Below, one piece after another: positions 9,787-20,408 of a stretch of DNA of 64,000 nt. The translations under genes and the position numbers were made by a program. Positions within the stretch are counted from its first letter, which is position 1. The number at the start of each line of letters is the position of its first letter. Source of the stretch: an uncultured Gemmatimonadales bacterium (GTDB taxonomy: Bacteria > Gemmatimonadota > Gemmatimonadetes > Longimicrobiales > RSA9); assembly GCA_963741945.1 (NCBI GenBank), contig CAVUKA010000001.1, forward strand, positions 576,001 through 640,000, written 5' to 3'. Below the pieces are notes generated by a model. It had not been told where the DNA came from, ran no database searches, and worked only from the letters and a program-made list of their open reading frames with translations.

Positions 9787-11484
9787 TCAGCGCATGCCTG
9801 CGTGCGGATCCGATGCGGGCGTGGCCTCCGTGCCGAGCGTCAGGTGGTTCCGCTGCGCGTAGCCCGGCAGCAGCGTGAACAGATCCGCCGTGCTGTTCGC
9901 CGCGTGCAGCAGGTCCACCGCCGCGGCCACCTGCGGATCGTCCGCCATCAGCCGCTTCCAGCCTTCCTCCCGGCCGAACCTGTTCACGCTCACTTCGTTC
10001 GCCAGACGGTGGGAGATGAGCGGGGTGGCCTGGTCGAACACGCTCCGCTCCACGTCCACACCGTGCTTCTTCATCGCTTCGTAGAACCCGGTGAGCATCG
10101 CCGGCGTCACGGGGAAGCCGGGCTTCAGATCCGGGTGCGCGTGCGCATAGTCCACCGCGTAGGCATAGAGCGCGTTGTTGAAATCGTTCACCTTCCCGTT
10201 CAGCGCTTCCACAAGCGCCTGCTCGCCACGCGTCAGCGTGTCCATCACCACCAGGTCCGGCGTGATCCCGCCGCCGCCGAGCACTTTCCGCCCGTCATCG
10301 GTGTGGAACATGGGCACGTCGGCTTCCGACTTCTCGTCGGTGGAGCGGGCCGCGCCCGCCGGCGCCCGGTCATCCTCCTGCGCCGTGCCCGCTTCCGCCA
10401 GCGGCGTGCTCCCGATGCCGTACGGCTTCTGGATGCTGCGCCCGGATGGCGTGTACCACCGGGCCGTGGTCAGCTTCAGGATGTTGTCGCCCGGAAGGTT
10501 GTACAGCGTCTGGACCGACCCCTTCCCGAAGCTCGTGGTCCCCACCAGCAGCGCACGATCGTGGTCCTGCAGCGCGCCGGCGACGATCTCCGTGGCCGAC
10601 GCGCTCCGCATCCCGATGAGCACGGCCATCTTCAGCCCCTCGAACTGGTCCGGGTGCGCGGCGTGGAACACGTGGTTCTGGTCCGGCGTGCGCCCCCGCG
10701 TCTCGAGTACCAGCTGCCGCTGCGGCAGGAACAGGTCCGCCACGCCGATCCCCTGGTCGAGCAGACCGCCACTGTTGCGGCGCATGTCCAGCACGATCGA
10801 TCGGGCCCCCTTCGCGCGCAGGCGGCTGATGGCGTTGCGCAGGCTGTCCGTGGCCGTCTCGCTGAACACGGTCAGCTCCACGTACCCCGTCTGCGGGTCC
10901 AGCATGTACGACTCGGGGACCGCCGTGATCTCGATGGCGTCGCGCGTGATCTCGAACGGGATCGGCTCATCGATCCCCATCCGCGCCACGGTGATGTGGA
11001 CGGTGGAGCCCTTCGGGCCCCGGAGCACCGACACCGCCTTGTCCGTGGTCCACCCCTTCGTGCTCTCTCCCTCCACCTTGACGATCCGGTCCCCCGCCTG
11101 AAGACCCACCCGCTCGGCCGGGGAGTTGGGGAGCGGCGAGATGACCGTGAGCCAGTGGTCGCGGATGTCGATCTCGATCCCCAGTCCGCCGTACTCGCCG
11201 TGCGTCTGCATCCGCAGGTCGGCATAGTCCTCCGGCGTCATGAACACCGAGTGCGGATCCCCCAGCTCCTCCATCATGCCGTCGATCGCCATGTGGTAGA
11301 GCTGGTCCGGGTCCTTCTCCTCCACGAAGTGCTTGGACACGTAGTCCACCACCTGCCCGAGGAGACGGGCCTGGAAATACACGTTCTGGTCCGGGTCCGC
11401 CCCCTTCTGCAGGAGCCACCCGCCCGTGGTCAGGCCGATCACGGCCACCACCACCGGCGCCACCAATGAGCGCTTCATCTTCAT
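9787..11484 (-). CDS. S41 C-terminal processing peptidase
   Basis: PDZ domain (GGLGIEI), DMRRNSGGLL, SASATEIVAGALQD and FGKGSVQ motifs. Confidence 0.95.
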   Translation of the reverse strand: MKMKRSLVAPVVVAVIGLTTGGWLLQKGADPDQNVYFQARLLGQVVDYVSKHFVEEKDPDQLYHMAIDGMMEELGDPHSVFMTPEDYADLRMQTHGEYGGLGIEIDIRDHWLTVISPLPNSPAERVGLQAGDRIVKVEGESTKGWTTDKAVSVLRGPKGSTVHITVARMGIDEPIPFEITRDAIEITAVPESYMLDPQTGYVELTVFSETATDSLRNAISRLRAKGARSIVLDMRRNSGGLLDQGIGVADLFLPQRQLVLETRGRTPDQNHVFHAAHPDQFEGLKMAVLIGMRSASATEIVAGALQDHDRALLVGTTSFGKGSVQTLYNLPGDNILKLTTARWYTPSGRSIQKPYGIGSTPLAEAGTAQEDDRAPAGAARSTDEKSEADVPMFHTDDGRKVLGGGGITPDLVVMDTLTRGEQALVEALNGKVNDFNNALYAYAVDYAHAHPDLKPGFPVTPAMLTGFYEAMKKHGVDVERSVFDQATPLISHRLANEVSVNRFGREEGWKRLMADDPQVAAAVDLLHAANSTADLFTLLPGYAQRNHLTLGTEATPASDPHAGMR

Positions 11485-11526
11485 CCGTCCTCCGAAGCAT
11501 CCGCCTTGTGCCGCACGACCCGGTTC

Positions 11527-12171
11527 TTAACCCCCGCCTGCCGCGAAGGTTTCCGGGAAGCGCGCGGTCAGGAGCGAGACCACGGCCCCGTGCACCGCTG
11601 CCGCAGGCGCCGACCCGTCCACCCGCTCGATCCTCTCGTCACGGCGCGCAAGCAAGCGGTATGCCTCCACCACCCGGTCATGGAAAACATCACCCGCCCG
11701 CTCGATCCGGTCCTCGCCCCCCCCGCGCCACGCCCGCCTCGCCACGCCCGTGGCCGCGTCCACGTCCAGCAGCACCGTGAGATCCGGCTCCAGACCCCCC
11801 GTGGCGAACGCGTTCATCGCCACCACTTCCTCCAGTGGCAGCTCCCGCCCGTACCCCTGGTACGCCAGCGTCGAAAGCGCGAACCGGTCCGTGACGACGA
11901 CCCGCCCCGCCGTCAGCGCCGGCCGGATCACTTCCGCGACCAGCGACGACCTCGCCGCCAGCATCAGCAGCAGCTCCGTCCTCGCCGACAGCGCGTCGGA
12001 ATGCAGCAGGATCTCCCTGGCCGACTCCGCCACGCCCGTGCCCCCCGGCTCCCGCGTGAGCAGCGGCTCGAACCCGCGCGCCTGGAGCCACTGCGCCAGC
12101 AGACCCACCTGCGTGGTCTTGCCCGCGCCTTCAGGACCCTCGATCGCTATGAAGATGCCTCTGCCCCGCAC
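11527..12171 (-). CDS. tmk: Thymidylate kinase
   Basis: IEGPEGAGKTTQ, TREPGG and DRFALSTLAYQG motifs; GTG start inferred. Confidence 0.95.
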   Translation of the reverse strand: MRGRGIFIAIEGPEGAGKTTQVGLLAQWLQARGFEPLLTREPGGTGVAESAREILLHSDALSARTELLLMLAARSSLVAEVIRPALTAGRVVVTDRFALSTLAYQGYGRELPLEEVVAMNAFATGGLEPDLTVLLDVDAATGVARRAWRGGGEDRIERAGDVFHDRVVEAYRLLARRDERIERVDGSAPAAAVHGAVVSLLTARFPETFAAGGG

Positions 12172-12266
12172 GCGCTGGCCCTCCGTGCCTTCGTGGCTTC
12201 GTGCGACTCGCCGCTCCAGGGCGCCCGCCCCTGTCGGCCACCCCATGTCCGGAAATGCCCCGATGC

Positions 12267-13580
12267 CTACTCGTAGTACTCGATCCCGAGGTGCGTGATC
12301 TGCTCCTCGCCCATGAGGTGCCGCAACGTGTTCTTCAGCTTCATGTGCTGGATGAACAGATCGTGCTCGGGGTAGAGCTCGGGCGCGTGCATCGGGCTCT
12401 TGAAGAAGAACGACAGCCACTCCTGGATCCCGCTCATCCCGGCGCGCCCCGCCAGGTCCATGAAGAGCGCCAGGTCCAGTACGATGGGCGCGGCCAGGAT
12501 GGAGTCGCGACAGAGGAAGTCGATCTTGATCTGCATCGGGTAGCCGAGCCACCCGAAGATGTCCAGGTTGTCCCACCCCTCCTTGTTGTCGCCGCGCGGA
12601 GGGTAGTAGTTGATCCGGACTTTGTGGTAGAAGTCCTTGTACAGCTCCGGGTACATGTCCGGCTGGAGGATGTGCTCCAGGACGCTGAGCTTCGACTCCT
12701 CCTTCGTCTTGAACGATTCCGGGTCGTCCAGCACCTCGCCGTCGCGGTTGCCCAGGATGTTCGTGCTGAACCAGCCGCTCAGCCCCAGCATCCTCGCCTT
12801 GAGACCGGGGGCGATGATGGTCTTCATCAGCGTCTGACCGGTCTTGAAGTCCTTCCCGGCCACGGGCACCCCGTTCTCCTCAGCCAGCGCCATGAGCGCG
12901 GGCACGTCGCCGCTCAGGTTGGGCGCGCCGTTGGCGTACGGCACGCCCTCCTTCAGTGCGGCCCAGGCGTAGATCATGGATGGCGCGATGGCGGCGTCGT
13001 TGTCCCGCATCGCCTGTTCGAACGACTCGATGCTCTCGTGCGCGGCGCCGGCCTTCAGGAAGATCTCCGTGGAGCCGCACCAGATCATGACCAGGCGGTC
13101 ACAGCCGTTCTCCTCCTTGAAGCGGCGGATGTCCGCGCGCAGCTGCTCGCCCAGCTCCAGCTTGGTCGCCGCCGTCTTGACGTTCGGGCCGTCGAGCCGC
13201 TTCACGTACGCCTTGTCGAACACCGCGGGCATCGGCTTGACCGTCCTGAGGAAATCGCCCACGGCCTCGATGTCCCGCTCCTCCAGCACCCTCGCCGCTC
13301 GCGCGCTCCGGTACGCATCGTCCGCGATCGGGTCCCATGCGCCGAACACCAGCTGGTCCAGCTGTGCCAGCGGCACGAAGTCCTTCACTTTCGGCGTGCG
13401 GACCTCGGTCCTCTTCCCCAGCCGGATGGTCTGCATCTGGGTCACGGAGCCGATCGGCTCCGCCAGCCCCCGGCGCACGGACTCCACGCCGGCGATGAAC
13501 GTGGTGGCCACGGCCCCGAGCCCGGGGAGCAGTACGCCGAGCTTCCCCTCGGCAGGTCGGATATCCTTCGGTGCAGTCAA
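12267..13580 (-). CDS. ino1: myo-Inositol-1-phosphate synthase
   Basis: GLGAVATT, GKDFKTGQT, STNILGNRDG, GDNKEGWD and CRDSILAAP motifs; TTG start overlaps the upstream stop codon. Confidence 0.93.
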   Translation of the reverse strand: MTAPKDIRPAEGKLGVLLPGLGAVATTFIAGVESVRRGLAEPIGSVTQMQTIRLGKRTEVRTPKVKDFVPLAQLDQLVFGAWDPIADDAYRSARAARVLEERDIEAVGDFLRTVKPMPAVFDKAYVKRLDGPNVKTAATKLELGEQLRADIRRFKEENGCDRLVMIWCGSTEIFLKAGAAHESIESFEQAMRDNDAAIAPSMIYAWAALKEGVPYANGAPNLSGDVPALMALAEENGVPVAGKDFKTGQTLMKTIIAPGLKARMLGLSGWFSTNILGNRDGEVLDDPESFKTKEESKLSVLEHILQPDMYPELYKDFYHKVRINYYPPRGDNKEGWDNLDIFGWLGYPMQIKIDFLCRDSILAAPIVLDLALFMDLAGRAGMSGIQEWLSFFFKSPMHAPELYPEHDLFIQHMKLKNTLRHLMGEEQITHLGIEYYE

Positions 13581-14236
13581 CGTTCGGTCTCTCGTTCTTT
13601 GGGTTGCGACGACGGCTCCAGCGGCACGCCGCGGGCGTGCTGATACACCCACACGATACGCTGGAACGCCGTGATGTTCGTGAGGATTGCGAGCACCAGG
13701 ATGACGCCCTTCAACACCAGTCCCTGCCAGGCAGTGCCGAAGAAGAGCGACGCGGCGCCGATGAGCACCACGCGCTCGGCGCGGGGCATGAGGCCCACGC
13801 GGCAGTCCAGCCCGAGCGCTTCCGCCCGCGCCCGCGTGTAGCTCACCATGAGCGACCCGGCCATGGCGAGCATGATCAGGTAGATCATCCCCACGTCGCC
13901 CAGCTCGAGCCGGTAGTCGTTGTAAAGGGAAAGGAGCCCCAGGTAGACAGCGATCTCGCTCACCCGGTCCAGCGTCGAGTCGTAGAATGCGCCGAACTTG
14001 CTGCCCAGCCCCGTCAGCCGCGCGACGCGGCCGTCCAGGATGTCGAAGAACCCGCCCAGCAGGACCAGCAGCCCGCCCGTGCGCACCCTGTGCAGGTCGA
14101 ATGCGGCGGCCGAGCTCATGGTCACCAGGAATCCCAGCGTGGTGAGCAGGTTCGGATGGACCCGCCGGTCCGCCAGCCAACGGGTGAGCGGATGCAGGAT
14201 CCGGTAGACGCCCTCCCTCAGGGACTCGAGCTGCAT
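13577..14236 (-). CDS. CDP-alcohol phosphatidyltransferase (phosphatidylinositol-phosphate synthase-like)
   Basis: HPNLLT, DILDGRVAR...GAFYDSTLDR and VSYTRARAE motifs; translationally coupled to ino1. Confidence 0.9.
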   Translation of the reverse strand: MQLESLREGVYRILHPLTRWLADRRVHPNLLTTLGFLVTMSSAAAFDLHRVRTGGLLVLLGGFFDILDGRVARLTGLGSKFGAFYDSTLDRVSEIAVYLGLLSLYNDYRLELGDVGMIYLIMLAMAGSLMVSYTRARAEALGLDCRVGLMPRAERVVLIGAASLFFGTAWQGLVLKGVILVLAILTNITAFQRIVWVYQHARGVPLEPSSQPKERETER

Positions 14237-14245
14237 GGGACGTGG

Positions 14246-14608
14246 TCAGGAAGGCATGATGATGCTGGACTTCGACCCCGCTTCAATGCCCTCGCCGATC
14301 TGCTCGTTCACCTTCTGCAGCAGCTTGTCGAAATTCGACTGCGCCGCCACCAGACCCTGGTAGATGGCGCCGGACTGCAGGTCGGACGCAAGCTTCTCGT
14401 ACTCCTGCTGCGTCTCCTCCGTGGGCTGCTGCCCCTGCTGCAGAGCGCCCGTGATCTCCCGCTCCAGCTGCGACAGCCGGTTCAGCAGCTCCACCGCCTC
14501 ACGATCCTCATTCAGGCGTTGCCGCGCCCGCTGCAGCGCCTTGTACTCGTCCGTCTGGCCCAGCAGCCGACCCACGTCCTTCGCCTTCTCGAGCATCCCT
14601 TCGTGCAT
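14246..14608 (-). CDS. YlbF/YmcA-like regulator
   Basis: Helical 120 aa protein: AKDVGRLLGQTDEYKAL...LLQKVNEQI. Confidence 0.7.
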   Translation of the reverse strand: MHEGMLEKAKDVGRLLGQTDEYKALQRARQRLNEDREAVELLNRLSQLEREITGALQQGQQPTEETQQEYEKLASDLQSGAIYQGLVAAQSNFDKLLQKVNEQIGEGIEAGSKSSIIMPS

Positions 14609-14634
14609 GCGTTCCCTCGCCTTCCCCTCGTCGT

Positions 14635-15507
14635 CTAGTCCGCCGCCGCCAGCACGAAGCGCTCGCGGCCCGTCAGGTCCGTCTCGATTGCCGGGTCCGG
14701 GAATCCCGCCTCCCGGAGCCAGCCGGCCACCCTGGCCGCCTGACCGAGCCCCAGCTCCAGTGCGAGAAGGCCGCCGGACACCAGGTGCCCCGCGGCTCCC
14801 GCCACGATCCCCCGCACCACTACGAGGCCGTCGTCGCCCGCGAACAGCGCTTCCGCCGGCTCGTGCTCGCGCACTTCCGGCATGAGCGACGACCGCTCTC
14901 CCTCGCTCACGTACGGGGGATTGCTCACAATAACCTCGAACCTCTCCCCGGGTCCAATCGGCTCCCAGAGCGGGCCCCGCCGGAACTCGACCCGCGGCGC
15001 GACGCCCACCCGCGCCGCGTTCGCGGCCGCCACCGCGAGCGCCCCCTCCGCGACGTCCGTGGCCACGCCCCGCTCCACCAGCCCCTCCGCCAGCAGGCTG
15101 AGAATGATCGCTCCTGACCCGGTACCGATGTCCAGCGCTCGACTCGCCCCCGCCGCACCGGTGCCGGCCACGAAGCGCGCCACCGCGCCCACCAGCGCCT
15201 CCGTCTCCGGCCGCGGGATCAGCACCCGCGGGTCCACCGCCAGCGTCAGCTCCCGGAACGCCGACTCCCCGGTGATGTACTGGAGCGGCTCACGGTTCCC
15301 GCGACGGCGAACCACCTCCCGGTACGCGGCCACCTCCGCGGGCTCCAGCGGGCGCTCGAACTGCAGGTACAGGTCCAGGCGTCGGACCCGCAGCACGTGG
15401 GCGAGGAGCAGCTCCGCATCGAGCCGGCCGTCCTCGACGCCGCGATCGGTGAGGTGCCCGGCGGCGAGACGGGCCAGGTCGAGCGGGCGCGGGCGAGCGT
15501 CGCTCAC
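14635..15507 (-). CDS. prmC: Release factor glutamine methyltransferase
   Basis: [19 protein letters not shown] and VSNPPY motifs; follows prfA. Confidence 0.96.
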   Translation of the reverse strand: MSDARPRPLDLARLAAGHLTDRGVEDGRLDAELLLAHVLRVRRLDLYLQFERPLEPAEVAAYREVVRRRGNREPLQYITGESAFRELTLAVDPRVLIPRPETEALVGAVARFVAGTGAAGASRALDIGTGSGAIILSLLAEGLVERGVATDVAEGALAVAAANAARVGVAPRVEFRRGPLWEPIGPGERFEVIVSNPPYVSEGERSSLMPEVREHEPAEALFAGDDGLVVVRGIVAGAAGHLVSGGLLALELGLGQAARVAGWLREAGFPDPAIETDLTGRERFVLAAAD

Positions 15508-16580
15508 GCCACCGCGTCGCCCCTCAGCCGCTCCTCCTCGCGCGCGAACCGGAGCGCATCGATGACCGCGTCGAGGTCCCCATCCAGCACATCGGAGAGC
15601 TTGTAGAGCGTCAGGTTGATGCGATGGTCGGTCACACGGCCCTGCGGGAAGTTGTACGTCCGGATCTTCGCCGACCGATCCCCTGTTCCCACCTGCATCT
15701 TCCGGTCCCGCGAGCGCTCCGCCTCCTGCGCCGCGATCTTCGCGTCGAGCAGGCGGCTGCGCAGCACTTTCAGCGCTTTCGCCTTGTTCTTGTGCTGTGA
15801 CTTCTCGTCCTGACAGGTCACCACCAGGCCGGTGGGGATGTGCGTGATCCGCACGGCCGAGTCCGTGGTGTTCACGCTCTGGCCGCCCGGGCCCGACGAC
15901 CGGAACACGTCGACCCGCAGCTCCTCATCGCGAATGTCAATGTCGACATCTTCCGCCTCCGGCAGCACGGCCACCGTGGCTGCCGACGTGTGGATCCGAC
16001 CCTGGCTCTCCGTCTCCGGCACCCGCTGCACGCGGTGCACGCCGGACTCGCTGCGCAGATCGCCGTACGCGTCCTTCCCCCGCACGATGAAGACGGCCTC
16101 GCGGTAGCCGCCCACCTCACCTTCGCTCACGCTCACCGTCTCCGCCCGCCACCCGCGCGTCTCCGCGTAGCGCAGGTACATGCGCACCAGGTCCCCCGCA
16201 AACAGCGCGGCCTCATCGCCACCCGTGCCCGCGCGCACCTCCACCACCGCCGCACGATCCGCCAGCGGGTCCTTCGGCACGAGCAGGCGAGTCGCCCGGT
16301 CGACGAGCGCTTCCTCCCGCTCCTCCAGCGCCGAGGCTTCCGCTGCCGCCAGCTCCGCCATCTCCTCGTCCGGCGACGACGCCAGCTCCCGCGCTTCCCC
16401 CAGCTGCTTCCGTACCCGGCGCAGCTCCTCCGCCACCTCCGCCACCGGCGTCAGGTCCGCCTGCGCCTGCGCCACCTCGCGCAGGCGCTGCGGGTCCCCG
16501 AGCACGTCCGGGTCCGCCAGCCGCACCGTCAGCTCACGGTGCCGCTCTTCCGCCTGTTCCAGCCGCGTTTCCAGTGACAT
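15504..16580 (-). CDS. prfA: Peptide chain release factor 1
   Basis: GGQ motif, RVPETE (PxT) specificity motif, IRTYNFPQ. Confidence 0.97.
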   Translation of the reverse strand: MSLETRLEQAEERHRELTVRLADPDVLGDPQRLREVAQAQADLTPVAEVAEELRRVRKQLGEARELASSPDEEMAELAAAEASALEEREEALVDRATRLLVPKDPLADRAAVVEVRAGTGGDEAALFAGDLVRMYLRYAETRGWRAETVSVSEGEVGGYREAVFIVRGKDAYGDLRSESGVHRVQRVPETESQGRIHTSAATVAVLPEAEDVDIDIRDEELRVDVFRSSGPGGQSVNTTDSAVRITHIPTGLVVTCQDEKSQHKNKAKALKVLRSRLLDAKIAAQEAERSRDRKMQVGTGDRSAKIRTYNFPQGRVTDHRINLTLYKLSDVLDGDLDAVIDALRFAREEERLRGDAVA

Positions 16581-16591
16581 ACACTCATGCG

Positions 16592-16616
16592 AAAAGAGCC
16601 GGGACTCGCCCGGCTC
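16592..16616 (-). terminator. Intrinsic terminator-like hairpin between rpmE and prfA
   Basis: Minus strand GAGCCGGG-cgagt-CCCGGCTC followed by TTTT. Confidence 0.5.
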
Positions 16617-16673
16617 CTCGTGAACTTCCCATCCCCGCGTGCCGAAGCTCCGGGGGCGCTCCGGGCCGGGGCG

Positions 16674-17003
16674 TCAGACCGCCTCGGCCTCCGCGCCACC
16701 TTCCGGCTTCGCTTCCGCCGTGGCGTCCGCCGCCGCGGTCTGCTTGGCCTCGTCGTCCATGGACTCCGCGCCCGTGCCCTGCGCTTTCGTACCCTTCGAC
16801 GCTTCGCCACCACCCCACTTGCGACGGAACCGCTCCACCCGTCCGGCCGTGTCCATCAACCGCTGCTTCCCCGTGAAGAACGGGTGGCAGACCGAGCACA
16901 CGTCCAGGTGGATGTCCTCCTTGGTGCTCCGCGTCTCGAACGTATTGCCGCACGCGCAGTGCACCGTCGCCTGCTTGTATTCCGGGTGGATTCCCTGCTT
17001 CAT
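16674..17003 (-). CDS. rpmE: 50S ribosomal protein L31 (Zn-binding type) with acidic C-terminal extension
   Basis: [34 protein letters not shown]. Confidence 0.96.
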   Translation of the reverse strand: MKQGIHPEYKQATVHCACGNTFETRSTKEDIHLDVCSVCHPFFTGKQRLMDTAGRVERFRRKWGGGEASKGTKAQGTGAESMDDEAKQTAAADATAEAKPEGGAEAEAV

Positions 17004-17098
17004 TGTCGCTGCTCCGTTCCTTTGTTTGCCAGCCGATAATGATAGCGCCACCCTTTTTTCGACGCCACCCCCCGAACCGCCCGCTGCCCGCCTGCCTC

Positions 17099-18709
17099 CT
17101 ACCGGCCCCGCGTCCTGCCGTTCCGCCCCCGTCGTGGCCCGGCGACGGTCCCGAGCCCCAGCCGCGCTGCCACGATCACCGCCAGCGCCATGATGGTGGC
17201 CAGTGTGGCCAGCCAGTCTCCCCAGCGGACGAAGAGGGTGACCGCGTCGGTGGTGTACACGGTCCCGACGCGCACGGCCGGCTCGAAGAGGCGGGTGCGC
17301 CCGTAGCTTCGGCCGAGGGGGTCGATGAACATGGAGATGCCGGTGTTCGCGGCGCGCGCGACGCCTGTTCGCGTCTCGATGGCGCGCATGCTCAGGTGGG
17401 CGGGGTGCTGCCAGAGCGCGGTCGTGCGGGCGTACCACGGCTCGCGGCCGTACCAAGCGTCGTTGGTGACGTTGACGAGGAAGGACGCACCCTCCTGCCG
17501 ATAGCGGCGGGAGAGGGGCGCGAAAATGGACTCGTAGCAGATCATGACGCCGAAGCGGAAACGGTCGGCCACGTCGAAGGTGGGCGCGCCGTGGCCCCGG
17601 CCGAGTCCGCCGAAGTACTGGACGCTGCCGACCACGCCCTCCAGCCAGGTCGGGTCGATGAAGGGCACGCGCTCGACGAACGGGACCAGGAACTGCTTGT
17701 CATAGCGCGGACCGCTCTCGCCCGTGGAGCGCACCACGATGGCGGAGTTGTAGACCACGCCCCGCCGCCCGTTGCCGCTGTCCCGATCGAAGCCGTACGT
17801 CCCCACCACGATCGGGGCGTCCACACGCGCGCTCAGCCGCTCCACGGCCCGCAGGAGTCCGGGGCGCTCGAGCACGAAGTCGGGCACGGCCACTTCCGGC
17901 CACACCACCAGATCGACGCCGGAGTCTGCCACGGCCAGGGTGAGCCGGGTGAGCATGGCCATGGAAGTATCGAGCGCCACGGCCGGGTCCATCTTCACGT
18001 CTTCCGGGATATCCGGCTGCACCACGGCCACGCGCGCGACCGGCCGCATGTCCAGCGTGGCCACGCGCCAGCTGCCGTAGGCGACGGGCGCGCCGACGAG
18101 CGCGGCGAGGCCGAGGACGAGAGCGCGCGTGGGGCGGCCGCCGCGATACCGGAGAACGAGCGTGGCGACCATGCCGTTGATGGCGGCGAGCCAGACCGTG
18201 AGGCCGCGGGCGCCCACGAGGTCGGCGGCGCCGGCGAGGCGGGGGAGGTAGGCCAGCGCGGTGCCGAGACCGAGCCAGGGGAAGGAGAGGTCGCCAAGGT
18301 GCCCCTGCATCCATTCGAGTGCGGGCCAGAACAGGGTGGCGCCGAGCGCCAGCGGCAGGCCGAGCCGCTCGCGGGCGTAATGGACGGCCCAAGCGAACGC
18401 GCCCGTGAAGCCGGCGAGCACGAGCACGGTGCCCACGTACGCGGGGATGGCCAGCTTCGAGTAGTAGATGAGCGCCACGGCGAGCCAGTACAGCTGGAGC
18501 CCGAAATAGACGACGCCGGTCAGCAGCCCGGCGCGTGTGGCCGCCCACCGGCCTTCGGCCCCGCCGGGGCGTTCGGCGATGAAGAGGAGGAGGGGGACCA
18601 GCCCGATGAATGGCGCGACCACCATCCGGAGCGGAGGGTACGACAGGGCGAGGAGGGCGCCCGAGAGGAGAGGGAGCGCGCGCTCGCCCCGGGCGGGCAG
18701 CAGCTTCAA
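17099..18709 (-). CDS. lnt: Apolipoprotein N-acyltransferase
   Basis: [29 protein letters not shown] and RAANTGIS motifs; TTG start overlaps the upstream stop. Confidence 0.95.
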   Translation of the reverse strand: MKLLPARGERALPLLSGALLALSYPPLRMVVAPFIGLVPLLLFIAERPGGAEGRWAATRAGLLTGVVYFGLQLYWLAVALIYYSKLAIPAYVGTVLVLAGFTGAFAWAVHYARERLGLPLALGATLFWPALEWMQGHLGDLSFPWLGLGTALAYLPRLAGAADLVGARGLTVWLAAINGMVATLVLRYRGGRPTRALVLGLAALVGAPVAYGSWRVATLDMRPVARVAVVQPDIPEDVKMDPAVALDTSMAMLTRLTLAVADSGVDLVVWPEVAVPDFVLERPGLLRAVERLSARVDAPIVVGTYGFDRDSGNGRRGVVYNSAIVVRSTGESGPRYDKQFLVPFVERVPFIDPTWLEGVVGSVQYFGGLGRGHGAPTFDVADRFRFGVMICYESIFAPLSRRYRQEGASFLVNVTNDAWYGREPWYARTTALWQHPAHLSMRAIETRTGVARAANTGISMFIDPLGRSYGRTRLFEPAVRVGTVYTTDAVTLFVRWGDWLATLATIMALAVIVAARLGLGTVAGPRRGRNGRTRGR

Positions 18710-19722
18710 AGCCGCACTTCCCTCCCCTTCTCCGCGGAGGCGTAGACCGCGTTCACCGCGCGCATGAGATCGACCTGCTCGCGCGGGAGCGGCGGCCGCT
18801 CGGCGCGCCCGAGGGCGGCGGCCGCGAAGGCGCGCAGCTCCTCGCGGTAGGAAGCCGTGTAGGAGTTCTCGCTCCCGGGCGCGATCTGGGGCGTGACATC
18901 GAGCGTCACGTGCTCGACCTCCTTGTACACCTTGAGCGGGTAGGTGGTGGCCGTGCCCGCGCTGCCGAACACGCGGACGTGGTGGCGGTCCCGCTCTCCG
19001 AGCATGCTCCAGGTCACCTGCACCGAGAGCGTCGCGCCCGTATCGAGCTGCATGAGCGCCGAGGCCGAGTCCTCCACGTCCAGCCCTTCGGCCGGGTGCA
19101 TGTGCGAGAAGACCCGCTCCACGCCCGGGTAGTCGAGCAGCCACATGCACAGGTCCAGCACCTGGACGCCCAGGTCCATGAACGCGCCGCCCCCCGCCAG
19201 ATCCTTCCGGTGCCGCCACGTGGGCCGCTTCGGCCGCACTTTCCGGTTGAACCAGGTCCCGTGCACGCTGAAGATGTCGCCCAGCTCACCGGCACGGATG
19301 AACGAGCGCAGCCCACGGACTTCCGGGCGGTAGCGGTTGTTGAACGCGGCGACGAGTACCCGGTCCGCCCGCTCCGCCGCCCGCACCACGGCCTGCGCCT
19401 GCTTCCCGGTCAGCGCCAGCGGCCGCTCCACCAGGACGTGCTTCCCGGCCGCCAGCGCCGCCACCGCGTGCTCCTCGTGCCGGCGGGTGGGCGAGCAGAT
19501 GACCACGGCGTCCACCTCGTCGCACGCGAACAGCTGTTCCGGCTTCCTGAAAACGCGCGGCACCCCCAGCCGATCGGCCAGCGCCTGGGCCTTGGCGTGG
19601 TCCAGGTCGCAGAGCGCCTCCACGGTGACGTCCTCCAGCTTCTTCAGCAGCGGCAGGTGCACGATCTGGGCGATGGCCCCCGTGCCCACCACGCCCACGC
19701 GCAGCGCGCGGCCGTCGCTCAC
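18706..19722 (-). CDS. Gfo/Idh/MocA family oxidoreductase
   Basis: VGVVGTGAIA, GKHVLVERP and GGGAFMDLGV motifs. Confidence 0.9.
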   Translation of the reverse strand: MSDGRALRVGVVGTGAIAQIVHLPLLKKLEDVTVEALCDLDHAKAQALADRLGVPRVFRKPEQLFACDEVDAVVICSPTRRHEEHAVAALAAGKHVLVERPLALTGKQAQAVVRAAERADRVLVAAFNNRYRPEVRGLRSFIRAGELGDIFSVHGTWFNRKVRPKRPTWRHRKDLAGGGAFMDLGVQVLDLCMWLLDYPGVERVFSHMHPAEGLDVEDSASALMQLDTGATLSVQVTWSMLGERDRHHVRVFGSAGTATTYPLKVYKEVEHVTLDVTPQIAPGSENSYTASYREELRAFAAAALGRAERPPLPREQVDLMRAVNAVYASAEKGREVRL

Positions 19723-20408
19723 GGCTGACCTCCCGGCGCCGGAGCGGGCTGAACCGCACCCTCTCCCGGCTGCGGACGCTGCGGGAACATGAGCTGGATG
19801 CCCCCCGCCGCGGAGAGATACTGGATGCTGTTCATGATGGTGTAGCGGCCTTCCCCGTACACCCGCACGCGTGAGCTCGGCACGAACTCCAGCCCGCCGA
19901 GCACCGACATCGCCGCGGCGACCGAGTCCAGCAGGTCCTCGACGAACGTGTTGTCGATGGCCGCGCCCTGTCCGTTCAACGCGTGCAGCCCGAAGCCGGC
20001 GCCCACGTACGTGAGCAGCGCCGCGGGCGTCTTCAGGACGAAGTGGCCATCAACGGAGAGCGAGAGATCGCTCCAGTCGAGAGGTGACAGGTCCTGCGCG
20101 TTCACGAACGACGTGCCCTGGCGGTTGATCTGCTCCGCCAGCGCGTCCAGCTCCTTCTGTGTGAACTCCGACTTCCAGAAGCTGAGCGACGGCACGATGC
20201 GGATCCCGGGTCCGAGATAGCCGAGGTCGAGGCGGAAGCTGTAGACGTTGGTGTTCGTGACCTTGTTCGACCACATGTACCCCAGCGCGGCGCCGGCGCC
20301 GCGCAGGGTCAGGTTCTCGTAGTCGTAGTCGGCCAGGGTCTGCGCGGCGGCGGGGGAGGCAGCCGCGAGCAGGAGCAGGGCGAAGATGGTCCGTCGCATG
20401 GCGCTCAT
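19719..20408 (-). CDS. Exported protein, probable outer-membrane beta-barrel
   Basis: Signal peptide (..ASPAAAQ), alternating beta-strand pattern (YVGAGFGLH, VYGEGRY), C-terminal GGIQLMF. Confidence 0.65.
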   Translation of the reverse strand: MSAMRRTIFALLLLAAASPAAAQTLADYDYENLTLRGAGAALGYMWSNKVTNTNVYSFRLDLGYLGPGIRIVPSLSFWKSEFTQKELDALAEQINRQGTSFVNAQDLSPLDWSDLSLSVDGHFVLKTPAALLTYVGAGFGLHALNGQGAAIDNTFVEDLLDSVAAAMSVLGGLEFVPSSRVRVYGEGRYTIMNSIQYLSAAGGIQLMFPQRPQPGEGAVQPAPAPGGQP

